Source: Haplodiscus bocki
Lineage: Eukaryota
Reading direction: 5' to 3'
DNA: 64,000 nucleotides
Assembly: GCA_965655095.1 (NCBI GenBank)
Contig: OZ296652.1
Location: 70,804,001 to 70,868,000 of the forward strand
Shown here: one piece after another, positions 12,477 through 24,800 of the stretch
Position numbering within the stretch: position 1 is the stretch's first letter
How the letters are laid out: the number at the start of each line of letters is the position of its first letter
Program-made: the position numbers and the translations under genes
The notes under the pieces: generated by a model
Told to the model about the DNA's origin: nothing
The model's database searches: none
What the model saw: only the letters and a program-made list of their open reading frames with translations

Positions 12477-15400
12477 GTGATAAACTTATTAAATAGTTTC
12501 ATATTGCATATGCGCAACAAAAATCGGCAAAAAAGCTCGGCAGTCACCGAATTTTGCTCTCAATGCAATTCATACACATACGTCGACACTGGCAAGTGCA
12601 TCGAGTGTACATTGCGTTCTGACTGGATCCATCTGACAGGCTCTAATATTAACGCAGATAAGTTCGACTTACTTAAGTCATCTCCTATTATGCTTTTCGC
12701 ATGCAATAACTGTTTGAGCTCAAGCAAAAAGTTGATTCTAACGACAGCTGAAATACATTGCAAAGTAGAAAAATATCGTAATATGTCTGAATTGTAAGCT
12801 TAGTCAACCAGAACATATGCAGACGTACTGGGTGAAAAAGTCCAAGTGCCAAAGAGTGATAATGTTTCAGTTATTTCTGACAACCACATTCTTGAATAAA
12901 AACTTTCTGGTATAGCCCAACAATAGTCTCTAAATGGAAAAGAACGATTTCTCTCCGATGTTGAAGTAGTTGCTGGCATAGTTTTCTATCTTGACACAAC
13001 CTCAGCTTGTTTGTGGACAGCGCATGTTTAGGAACCAACAAAACTTACAACGGTATTTGTCAGCCTTAGAAGTGAATGGGATGTCAGAATGCGCTTATCA
13101 AACTCAAATTTTCTGAGCTCCAGTAATTTTAACGCTATCTTTGTCTCACGTTTCTTACCTTCATCGGATCAAACTGATCTACGAAAGCCTTTCAAATTGA
13201 GGTTCGAGTTTGCCTCACTAAAAGTATCCCAAGAAGTGAGTTGAAGATACACAGCCATTCAATCAGAGAAAAAACAGTTTACCATCATAAAAAACACAAT
13301 TTCAATACTGGTATCTATGCACCCATCGTAGACGCCAGGACATATCAAACTGACTGACATTCAACTCTTTTAGCGCAGCTCTTAATGTACATAGCGTTTC
13401 GTTAACCACCAACGCTTCAAATTATTAAGTCATATTCAATGTCACCAGCCAGTCATTGTCTTCTCGTGTGAAATATGACTCACTTCTGAAGATGATAACA
13501 ATGAAATCTTTCCCTTGACGGATCTATCCATGTTAATCAGAAAGGACAAGAAAACTGGATCTCATGGGTGTACATTAATTGCCTTCAAGTCTTTTTTGAA
13601 CCAGCTTATCGTTGACACCTACCTCTGTGATTTGGTGCCTCCGGCATATTTCTTGAAGATACACTAACATCACTCTCTCTTTTAATTCTGTGTTACAATC
13701 CGCCAAAAACTTCAACTCATTCTATCAAAACATGCTATGGGTTTTTATTATCGAAAGGTCGAAGTTAGCACACTGGCAAAAGAAGGCAACTTGGCATATC
13801 GTTTGGAAAATGCAACGTTTCGGTTTTTGGTGAATTCGATTACCCAGATATCGTTTCGGACAACATGTCGCTTATTTCGAACGATAAAACAATTCTGGGT
13901 GTTTTTGATGAAAGAAATCTCCTAATTTGTTGACACACCTACAAATCAAGGATGAAATATGGGAAATAGTTGCTACAACTAGCAGCAACCTATCGAAAGT
14001 GTTTGTTGTTAACGATCAATTTTCTGATCCTTATCCAGTAAACATTACAATTGTCATCGAAAACGTTCAAAGTACTTCAAAAGTCTCATTTCAATTCATT
14101 CCAAATCATCGTTTGACAACTTTTGTTTTATTGATTTCTTGAGTCCTGCCTATCAATTTCTCCAATATTCGTTTGAAATCACATCACAGAATTTGAACTA
14201 TTTATCGTAAATTCTCCGAAACACAGCTGCAAAAAAACAAAAGGCGTTGTGAATTCCATTGCTACATCTCGTCTCATAGTAATATTCCTTCGGCAAACAA
14301 GCTTCGCTCCGCTTTGAAAAGAAAAGATCTGAAAGCTGCTTCACTAAGACATGCCTCTATTGAGTCCGTTGAATTGAACAAAGTTTTTTGTTTAATTGAA
14401 CCACTCCGAGAAATGTTAATCAAGTCTACAAGTTCTTCAGGCACGTCCAAAGTAACTCAATTATTCCTGACAAAGTGTTCTACCAATCCAATAACTATTG
14501 ACTTTGGTTTAGCTGAAGCTTCTAACAACTTGTTTGCATCACCTTTTACCACGCCTTTACCATTGGATGATTTTGATGAGTCCCTAACTTCAGAATATAA
14601 CCTCAGTAGTGTAAAGTTTACGGATTTTGTTCTTTCAACGAAGTTTATCCCGAATCATTTAGCCAACAGTAACAACAACCACCCAAACGACCCAAACCCT
14701 CCATTTCAACACCATTGTGCATATCATATCCTTTCCCTTCTAGTTTTAACACTGAACTACATTTTTCTGAAATCTTGTGAATAGCCCCCTGAATGGAAAA
14801 TCTCGATTGTATCGCCTATCCACAAGTCAGGGCTTTTGAAAAAAATTGAGAACTATAGACCAATTCATTTAACTTTTATCTCTCGCACTTGTGAATACAC
14901 TAAGTTATATTTTGGTGAACAAATTGGTAAGAAGACTCAAATCAGCTCAATATGGCATTGTACCGAGGAACTCACTGGTTACTCAGTTCTTGCCTACATT
15001 GAAGAAGTTTTAGCTGCTGTTGATAGTGGAAACTTTGCAACTGCAGCGTACTTCAACTTTGTTGAAGCCTTTGACTCTGTTCCCCAATCTAGGTTGATCA
15101 AAACACTTTCTAAACAGGGCCGGGATCAAGATTTTTCACACTTCTTATATTCTATCTTGCTAACAGAACTCAAAATGTGCGTGTGAAACAACAATTTTCC
15201 AACACTATGCCTATTTCAAGCGGAGTTCCTCAGGCAGTATCTTCGGTCCCCTTCTCTTTGTCTTGTATATTGATGATATATCAAACTACATTGACTGCCC
15301 AATCTGTTTATAAGCTGGCGATGCCAAACTTGTTACTCAAACGCAAGACAATTTTTTTCAACATTTTGCCCTATTTCAGATGTGGTCGTCAGATACTCAA

Positions 15401-16234
15401 TTAACAATACGTCAGTTTAAAAGAAAAATTCTTGTTTTCAACAGCGGGCCAAGGGACGCTTTTTCTGGTCGTTCTGAAACTGTTCTGTTTTTTGAAATTC
15501 TTGATGTTATTTTCTCGAAGTTTTTCACTTGGACTACTCATTTCCCCCATTAATGTTCCAAAAATGAGTAGCACTCTTCGTTTCTTACGCAGAACGGTTC
15601 CTTTTATTGTATCCACAAATGTAAAAATCAATGTGCTTGAGACCTATGTTTTCTCTAGGATGTTTTTTCGGCTGGCGGGTTTGGGTTGCCTCGATTGGAA
15701 GACTGAGGAAGTTATTAAATTTTCTAAAAGGAGCTCTGAAATGGGCCTCTGGCATTCAGAATAACAAACTTCTCCTTTGTGCGTCAATTTTTTCACCGGT
15801 CTGATACACTATCATCATTTGACAAATGATTTTCCTCAGCAAAATTTTAACCGGGTCCATCAGTTTAGTTTTATCAAAGAACATATATGTTCAATCCTGT
15901 CCTTTGCCACTTCACTCTGAACGCTACCCTCACTTCAAAACTATGAATAACTTCAAACTAAGAATGAGAGAATTATGTTTTTTCATTGTCGCCTGTGAAA
16001 TTGCCAACAAGCTATCAGAATTGAGACTGGATTTACGTGAGCGTTCTTAATCTGTGAAATGGGATCCAACTAAATATTTTCGACAACGAATCATTTTTTG
16101 CTGCAACGAGCGTCTCTCAAACTCTTGGATTCTAGATTGTGACTGTAATCACTGTAATTCCTTTGGACTTAATCACCATATGTAAACTTCATGTATCACA
16201 TTCTTGTAATACCACAAGAGAATTAAGTCTTGTT

Positions 16235-16278
<44 letters not shown>
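12477..16278 (+). mobile_element. Non-LTR retrotransposon (CR1/L2-group LINE), near full length, decayed
   Basis: ORF1 PHD finger (CSQC...CIECTL..DWIHLT...ACNNC); endonuclease remnants ~13370-14050; RT motifs EWKISIVSPIHKSG..ENYRPI, FNFVEAFDSVP, SGVPQ; C-terminal CDCNHC; ends in a (GTA)n tail. Confidence 0.85.
16235..16278 (+). repeat. (GTA)14 microsatellite, probably the LINE 3' tail
   Basis: 14 perfect GTA units directly after the LINE 3' end. Confidence 0.95.
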
Positions 16279-18870
16279 CTACGTGAAGTTAGAGGGAGTC
16301 AAAACCAGAAAAGTCGGATTGGAGATTGGAGATTACCCTCAGAAAAGTAATTTATCCGATCAAGCCAAATTGGAAATTCAACTGCATTGTTCAACCTCGA
16401 CAGTTCTGAATTCGAAATACAACTTTTTAACATTGTCAAAAAAAGCAAGACTAAGTAATAGTGTCATTGTTCACTGACTGAATTGTTCCTGTTAAAACTA
16501 ACGTTGCTAGTTGAGGTCGCCTCTAGTGCTGAATTGACAAATGTACAACAGTACAACAGTACAGCTTTCAACAATGCTGGAAGATGCTTCTCCATTTTTT
16601 GTACGCGGTGATAAAATATGCAATCTATCGAAAAAAACGTCTACCATATCTCAACAGACGTTAGCCACTTTGGCCTCAACGGTCAATCCACCTTGATTTC
16701 AACAATAGCCAAAGTTAACCCGGTCACTCAAATATCCCTCACGTTCAGGGTGTTCAAGTTTACAGTATGGCAAGCAAATATCAACTGACACATTTGCATC
16801 GAGTTTCGCAGGTTCAAAAACTAACTCTCCTCAAAAATCCAAAATTGACGCTTCCTCCAACCAGGAACTGACACCTCGGGATACGATTTTCTCACGGCTC
16901 CACAACACATGAAAACAGCAAGAAGGTGGTAAAGTCAAATCATTGCTTCCCACATCAATCCGTCATGTTAGCTCAATTCTGTCCGAAACTGCTCCCACAC
17001 TAATAGTTGAACTCATCCAAATATCTCGTAGCCGGATGAATTTTTTCGTTTGACCCTGAATTGTGGTTTTGGATAGGAATCTTTTGACCGGTATTAACAG
17101 TTATCAGACATTATAGGAGCACGTTTTCCTAAATTGAGACCTCATCACACCACCCTTTGCACAGAAACAACTCCACAAAACGTCGGAAGTTCAGTTAAAT
17201 TGTTGTGACAGCTCATCTTAAAATGTTGAAATTTTCTGATTAATGATGTTGTCCACGATGGTGTATTCTCTTTAGAGCTTTTGGTTTTAGCGATAAGATA
17301 ATGAAATTCTTCACATTGCATTTCAACCAGAGCATCTCAGGCCTCAGTGAAACCTGTCATTTTAGTGAAGTAGCTCCCGCGAGCGATGTAGAATTTGCTA
17401 AAAACGTAGTAAACTTGTTTTCATGAACTCAGCAAATGTTAGCCCGTGGGCCCCAAGCTACGAACAAGTTCGGTTCCAACAGCAGCTAACACTCTTCCAA
17501 TCTCTCAAGTGTCCTCCAGTTGCCCGGGACTAAGGTTTTACGTCTGTTTCAGCTGGAAACAAACAAGGCGACCGGCTTTCACCGGCATATTTACCCCTCC
17601 CCATTTTTGGAAAGAAGCCTTTAAAAACACTGTGAAAAAACACTCTTTCTTCGTCTTGTTTTCCAACTTTTGCAACTTCGAAGGTTTTGCTACCGTAATA
17701 GAAATAAAATGGAGCAAACTAATAAAATAGCACAAAATAACAAACTGGCGGCCAGATCCGCGGATTCAAAAAGTGACGCTTCCCCGCATCGAAAGTTGAT
17801 TTTTCTCTGCATCGAAAACTGATTACTTGAGAAGAAGTTTGCTCAAGGGAGAACAACACAAGAGTACCGTAAGAAAGTAACAAAACTAACATTTTACGCA
17901 AGAATCAATCGTATGTGCTCTTTCTCCACCAAATTGCTCCCGCACTGCATTTTGGACTCCTCTGCATCTGTTCCAGCCGTAAGTGTTTTGGTTAACTTGA
18001 AATCTTTTAACAGTTATTGACAGGTATCGGTTCTATCGGCGGCGAGCCTTATTTTCTGAAAACAATTCTCGACACACGAAACCCTGCTCGGGAACAACCC
18101 CAAAAATATCAGAAAAGAAGCTGATATTTTTTATTGGTGTTGTAGAATTTTCGCAACCTCGGTGTGAAGTATATGTCATGGGTGGTATTTCCAATCTAGA
18201 GATCTTGAAATTTGATAATGTCCTAAAACTTTTCACGTTGCAGTTCACCAAGAAAGTCCGTGGCAGTGTGTACAATTTATTTTTACGCAGTGGCCCCCAC
18301 AGAACAAGAGAGGACTTGGCCACTTACTGAAGAAGTCTATTACTTTACCGGTGCTTGACGTTTCGCAGGTTTTTCTATTGTATAACTCAACTTCGCTTGT
18401 TATACCGCAGCAAGATTGAGGGCAAGGTAAGCGGGGGAATATTCTCCAGTATAAGACTCAGGCCGGCTAGGGCTGCCGATTCGATGAAAATGGTGTTTAC
18501 CAGTTAAACGAGAGTAATATTTGAGGGGTATTAGAATCTTAGTCTGTTCTCCTCTAGCTCCTTTTTGAATCCTTCCGCACTGGTTATTCTAGCTAGTTTG
18601 TGACATGCTGACCATTTCCCTTCAGCTGTAATTTCGAAGCAATCTCTCTACACTTGAATACATGCTCAGTGGTTGCTACATTTGTGTCCCGGATTTCCTG
18701 TGATTCGCGGCCGTTGTCTTGAAATTTTATAGGGTTGTATACCAATATTCAAGCCATCTACCCATTCAAAGGGACAAAGATTCATGACGTTCTGTGTTAT
18801 CTGATGATAAGTTTGAAAAATTCAATCGGCTGCTAATTTGAAACAATAGCAAAATAAATGTATCCTCGAA

Positions 18871-19552
18871 GGTTTTGTTGTTGTTGGATATTTTCGACAG
18901 CGTCGAAAGGATTCTTTCCCACTACTGAAATCAGAACTTCTTCCTCGTATTTCTGCAGCTACCACAATCACAGAAGATTATCCAGCTGCAGACATCAATC
19001 TCACAAAAACCAGAGCTGACGAATTTCCACATAATTGGCAGAATTCTTTCCTTGAGGCCCGTTGTCACCGAGAAATCTATAAATTCATGTAGATTGTTGA
19101 TCAATCGACAGTTTCTGAGAGTGATTTCGCCTTTTGTTTTTTCAGTTCTCGTAGTAGGAAGTTTGAAAATTTCAGTACCTCTACCCAAGTTTTCATTTTT
19201 CTGAAGTTGGAGTTGGTTTAACTCATTTGACAATTTGACAAGTAACAAAATGTCGCTCAGTTGCAGGAACATAGGTAATGGAAGCAGATTGAGCAAACGG
19301 AGTTGACTTGTAGAACTAGAGATTTTGGAGCCAGTTATCTATAACACTACCTTTTCTGGAACTTCTCCAGGCATTTCATGTCCGCTCTTGATAATCCAGC
19401 ACAGAAGAATCCGTCAGTCAAAATGGGCAATAGCAACGACTTGTAGAGTCCCGGTTTACCGTTGGCTTGAAAATTATAGGAAAGGTTCCTTTTGAGCATA
19501 TAGAAGAAACTGTTAGCTTTCTTCATTCTTGCAGAACTGTGGGCATGCCAAC
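18871..19552 (-). mobile_element. CR1/L2-group LINE family B copy 1, 3' portion (split by the LTR element)
   Basis: SWHAHSSARMKKAN...LYKSLLLPIL, LNLLPLPMFLQLSDILLL...CDCGSC and a short (CAA)n tail; highly similar to 54600-55075. Confidence 0.85.
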
Positions 19553-19988
19553 TGTAACATTCCATGTTCCGAAGAAAGTTACGATGACAGCTGAAGCAAG
19601 AAACTTTTCTCAGAAAGAGCCCCAAGACTTTAATCTTAAGTAAAACTGACAACTTAATTGGGCGCCAGAGAGATGACTGAGAAAGATACTAATGTCAAAT
19701 TTCCTGTTGACTGTTCATGAGAAACTAATGAACTTTAAACTTTTGTATATAAATACGAGATAATCTTTAACTTTAATCACTACAGAAATCGGACTGTCAA
19801 TAATAAAGTTGACTGCTGAAACTCACTATTTTGGCCCTAGTTGCTGAGAACTTCGTTGGAATTCAGTTGGTGAACCCGCATCTAGTTGAACATAAAACTT
19901 GAAAGTAGATTCAACAATCTATAACCCACTCTCGCCTTAGGAGAAATTTGAAACTCTAAAACTATACAGGAAAGTTGCAAACGTTAGG
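19553..19988 (+). repeat. 5' LTR (436 bp)
   Basis: Starts TGTAAC right after the TSD; TATATAAA at 19746 and AATAAA at 19802; 19816-19988 matches 33288-33460 (about 17 mismatches in 173 bp by eye). Confidence 0.9.
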
Positions 19989-20004
19989 TGGTGACAGCTC
20001 GTGG
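19989..20004 (+). promoter_or_regulatory. Primer binding site (TGGTGACAGCTCGTGG), possibly tRNA-Leu
   Basis: TGG-starting motif immediately after the LTR end; its complement ...AGCTGTCACCA resembles a tRNA 3' end. The tRNA identity is inference. Confidence 0.7.
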
Positions 20005-20594
20005 ACGAAGATTTCCAACGTTGCAAACAACAGCAGCCCAACAGAAGACAATTGGATTCGTTGATCTGAAACAGAACAGACGAGCAGTACGATCTTGTCA
20101 AACAGCGAAAAAGAAGACAAAAAGGGCTACTCTTAGGAGACAGGGTACAAGACGAACGCTTTTAAAACCCCAGACGACTCCCTACACGAAAAACAGTGGC
20201 CGAACAGTGGAGTGACCGGAACAGAGGAACTTTTGGGATGTTTTGAGTGACATCATTTTTCTCTCACAGAAACTACAATCAGTTAAAACGAAGAAACTTC
20301 TAGCAGCCTGTAAGTCCAACAATTTTTTTAGGATCTTAAGCAGTGTTAAAATTCATACGCGCTCAAATTGTTCTGAAAAAACTGAATTCGTCAATTGCCT
20401 ATCATCATTCATCAAGGAGCGCACGCAGTGATTTGATATTGAAGCAGTAGTTGTTATTTTCTCTCACCACTCATTGCTTCTTAAAAATTATTTTATGGCA
20501 TCCCAAAATTCTGTATTTCTGCCGATATCAACTAAGCGGAACGCATTCGGTAGGTTATTGAAACGAACCGCCAAATTTGGAGAAAATCAGAACT

Positions 20595-21850
20595 ATGGCA
20601 GCAGCATCGCTGATATCGATTCAAAAATTTGGAGGTTCTTCAACAGAAAAATGGACAGACTTTGAGTCCTTTTTCCGTAGCTTAGCTGATGTGTCAAATA
20701 TAAACGAAGACAGAGAAGTAAACTACTTCAAGTTGCAACTGCAACATGCAGCTCTTCAATTTTTTCACACACTGGACAACGAAACCAGAAATGATCTGGA
20801 ACTGACATTGACAGCATTGAAAGATTACTTTTGTAATCCGAATTTGAAAGAAATCCATCATATCAACTTGGAAAACCTAAAATTCAACAATAAAATAGAT
20901 TCACCAGAAAGATTTGTGGTAAAATTGCAAAACCTAGCAATGAAAGCATATCCGCCACCAGGGGATTTGCCTGTTCAGCCACTCAATGAAGATGTAGCGA
21001 ATAATTAAGAGAGTTGATAAAGAAAACAGAGAAAATGAGAATAGGGGAAACTTTGCGACAAGGGAAAGAGACAGACATGTCATTAGACTATTCAAGAAAG
21101 CAATGCCAAAATTTATCAGACTTAAACTCCTAAAAGAACCAGAAATTGCCCCAATCCAAAGTCAATGCACGAAAACAAGACAAAAATTGGTTTTGAGAGA
21201 ACTTTGTACCGTAGATGACTGGTCGCGAGATGAATTAAATGAAATGAATAATGATTATACGGACAAATTCTTGAACGTTATAACAAAAGTGTCAGAAAAA
21301 TCAAACCTCATTAGAAACGAAACTGAATGCCCTCACTGAAAAATTTAACACCCAACAATCTCCAAACATTTCAGGATCAAACTACCATAAAATTATCAAA
21401 ACCAGAGAAAGAGAGGTTCTTATCGATGTAGATAGAACAAAAGGGGAACTAATTATAGAAAAAAGAGTCTTGGAAGATATGGAAAAAATTATAGAGGAAA
21501 TAATCGGGGGAGATATAACTATAGACCAAAATATCGTGGACAGAATTCAAGTAACTTTAAGAGTGATTACCACAGCTACAATAACTACAACAACAATAGT
21601 TTCAGACAAAATGCATCAAACGATGAAACAACAGTAAATTCTGGAAATTATGACGAACACAATGAAACCACCGCATTTTCTCAAAACGTTTGCTACACTT
21701 GTGGTTATCCAAACCATACAGCACGCAATTGCGAAGTAAAAGGAAGAAATAGCTCAAGAGGGGGTCAAACTGCTTTCAACTCGCAACCGAAAAACGCGCA
21801 GAGCCACACACATCAGCCAGTCCATTTAACTTACAAAACTCAGATTTGTA
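20595..21850 (+). pseudogene. gag: gag (capsid + CCHC nucleocapsid)
   Basis: IQKFGGSSTEKWTDFESFF...LQHAALQFFHTL retrotransposon-gag pattern; Gly/Arg/Asn-rich stretch; zinc knuckle CYTCGYPNHTARNC (CX2CX4HX4C) at 21691-21732. Confidence 0.88.
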
Positions 21851-24800
21851 TGACGCTGATTTTAAAAAATTATGTTCTGCAAATGAAGTCTCAGTTCTAG
21901 TTTTTGATCTTATTTTCACACATTCATTGACAGGTCAGTCAATGTCAGATGAAACACAATCAAACGCACTTATTTTTCTTATTTCAGCTGAAGGAGAAAA
22001 TTTGATGTATATTCCATTGAAATTTGAAAACGATGTTCGCAGAAGAGGAATCACTGATACTGGAGCATGTGCAAATGCAATGCCAACAGACATTTGTGAA
22101 AAATTAAAAACACAATGCCCAAACTACGTTTCAGAAATACAACGAGCATCACTTTTAAATGTGAAAGAAGCTTCAAGACGTACAGTAAAAGCCTTAGCAC
22201 AAGTGGATGTCAACTTGAAAACTAATGAGCACCAATTCGACGACGTTTTTCTACTTTTACCTTCGATGAACAGTGTTGTGCTAGGCAACCCATTTTTCAA
22301 AAAATATAATATCGAGATAAATCCTGGAGAAAACATACTCATACTCTCAGATATGAATTATCATTTAAAAGAAATCAAAACTCCTAGTCAAAGCAGGAGG
22401 GAAATTCCAAGAACGAAATATCCTCTCCGTCTACTACAAAAAACTGTAATCAGACCTCAGCAACCAGAAAGTCTCTATTCAAAAATAGGTGTTCCAAAGA
22501 AACTGGAAAGTCATACATGAATTGTAATTCGAGACGAACAATTTGAAGAAAGTACAGCCCCTAAAGTTTTCGTTAGTCGTTTTAAAAGTTGAAGAAGACA
22601 ACAATATATCAATAATTGCTTTTAATTTGAACAAACATATTGTGACACTTGCAGAAAACAAACAAATTGCCGTATTCCAATTCCTTTCACCCCAGGAGGA
22701 AGAAGAATTGATTGAAATTGGTCCAGATCTCTTAGCCTTGGACACAATGAAAGATGGATGAACTTTCAAAAGCGTAAATCAAGTTTTGAGTACAGCAAAA
22801 GTATATGGCAAAAATCAACATAAACATCCACCACCGGACTACAACCAGATTTGGTTTCCAACGCCGGCAACCTGTCGAAACCCTGAAAACTTGCTTTGTC
22901 TACAGAGAAAAATTTATGATAACATTACAGAGTTACAAAAACGAGGTACTTTAGATCCTCAAAAGAATTCAATAGACCAAGAACTTTTTATAAAACCAAA
23001 TTGATTGGTCACGGTCTACCCTGATAGCAACACAGGTTCAGGAAATGCAGGAAATAATCGTTGAATATTATGATATTTTGGCAAAACATAGATTTGATGT
23101 TGGCTATAATGCTGAATTGAAAGTCAATAAATCCAGAGCATGATTTACCCGTTTATGTTCAAAGTCCACCAACAATTCATTTGAGAGACGAAATCATAGT
23201 TGAACTTGCCTTAATGCAATATTATGGTATCGTGACACTCCTACCAATTTCAAGATATAGTAGTCCCATAATTACTCAACGCAGGTCATCAGGGAAACTG
23301 AGAATTTTGATTGATCTTAGACGAGTTAATCAAATCCATTGGAATGATTACAAAAACAATACTTTTCCGATAACAAACATGACTGACGCGGTTCGTCAAT
23401 TCGCAAGAAAGACTTTGTTTACAAAGTTAGAGTGCTCTCAAGTTTATCACTGTGTATAAATGGCAGACCAATTATCAATGAAATTACTTTCGTTCAACTT
23501 TGTCTGACGAACATACGCCTACACGAGATTAGCACAAGGATTAAACAAATCAGTGACAGGGTCTAGGTCATTTGTCAGATCTTTTCTAGATTCCTGTCTG
23601 GCAGCAAACATATGTACACAATTTGTGGACGATATCGGTCCCGGAGTGGAGACAATTGAACAAATGATTCACACATTGAGACAAAACTCTGATTGCCTTA
23701 AGAAGTCAGGATTAAGATTCACCTCCCAGAAATGCGAATCTAGAAAATCTTTGATGAATTTTCTTGGCAACACGATAATATATGAAGGACTTAAGCTAGA
23801 GAAAGAAAAAATATAAAAGTTTCTGAATAAAAGTTCCAGCCACTGTGAAAGGAGTGAAAAGACTAGTTGGTTTCACCCTATTCTTTCGATCATTTCTTCC
23901 TAGTATAGCACAAAACTTGATGCCATGGTATAAACTCCTCAGAAAAGATGTAGGATTCCTTCTTGCAGGATGAACTACCGAAACGTTTTGACATCATAAA
24001 GAAAGATTTGCTCAAAGCAACTCAAACTACTTTACGTTTAGCAAAACCAAGACAAAAATATGTATATCTGTGTGACTTAAGATATTATAATAGCGGATTT
24101 GTCTTAATGATTGAAGACTACCTAGAACAAGAAGACGGAAAGAAAAAACAAGCGTACGCACCTGTAACCTACGGATCACAGTTAGTTAATGCAAGTCAGT
24201 TAAAAATGTCTATGTATTGCAAAGAACTTCTAACTCTCCCTTTTGCGCCAGAGTTTTTCTCTCACTTCATTTGGGGAGCTGAAAAACCAGTAATTGTCTC
24301 AACAGACAACAAAAGATTGACGAGTGTTTTCCAATGAAAGTGACTTCATCCAGAATTGTGGAAGTTCGTGGACAGAGTCATTGCCTACAATATAGTTCTT
24401 GCACATAATCCTGGTGGAGCAAATGCAGCAGCAGATTTTCGATCATGAATGCAAACCGATCCAACTCAAAGCTTGGAAGTACAACTTCACGACTCCATCC
24501 CAATCAACGAAATTGAGATAGACATGGAAGCGAAAACACCTGAGTCATCGATCATACCAATAAAACTTGATCAACTAGAACAAGTAGGCTCTCAGCCTCA
24601 CGTTTTATCAGAAGATATAATAAGCTTCATAAGCTCAAGTCATGTCCTACAAAACCTAAACCCTCAATTGAATGATCTTTCGGCATCTGTATCAAAAGAT
24701 ACCATTTCAGAAGTTTGCCTCAAAAAACGTGCACCAGAAATCAATTCAATTCAACAAAATGATCCTTTGAACCAATTTAAAAGTTCAATTCCAAACTCTA

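Noticed and set aside
16139-16477. ORF with a 16-residue poly-Val run that looks like a TM helix
   Set aside because: It is the translation of the (GTA)14 microsatellite at the LINE tail.
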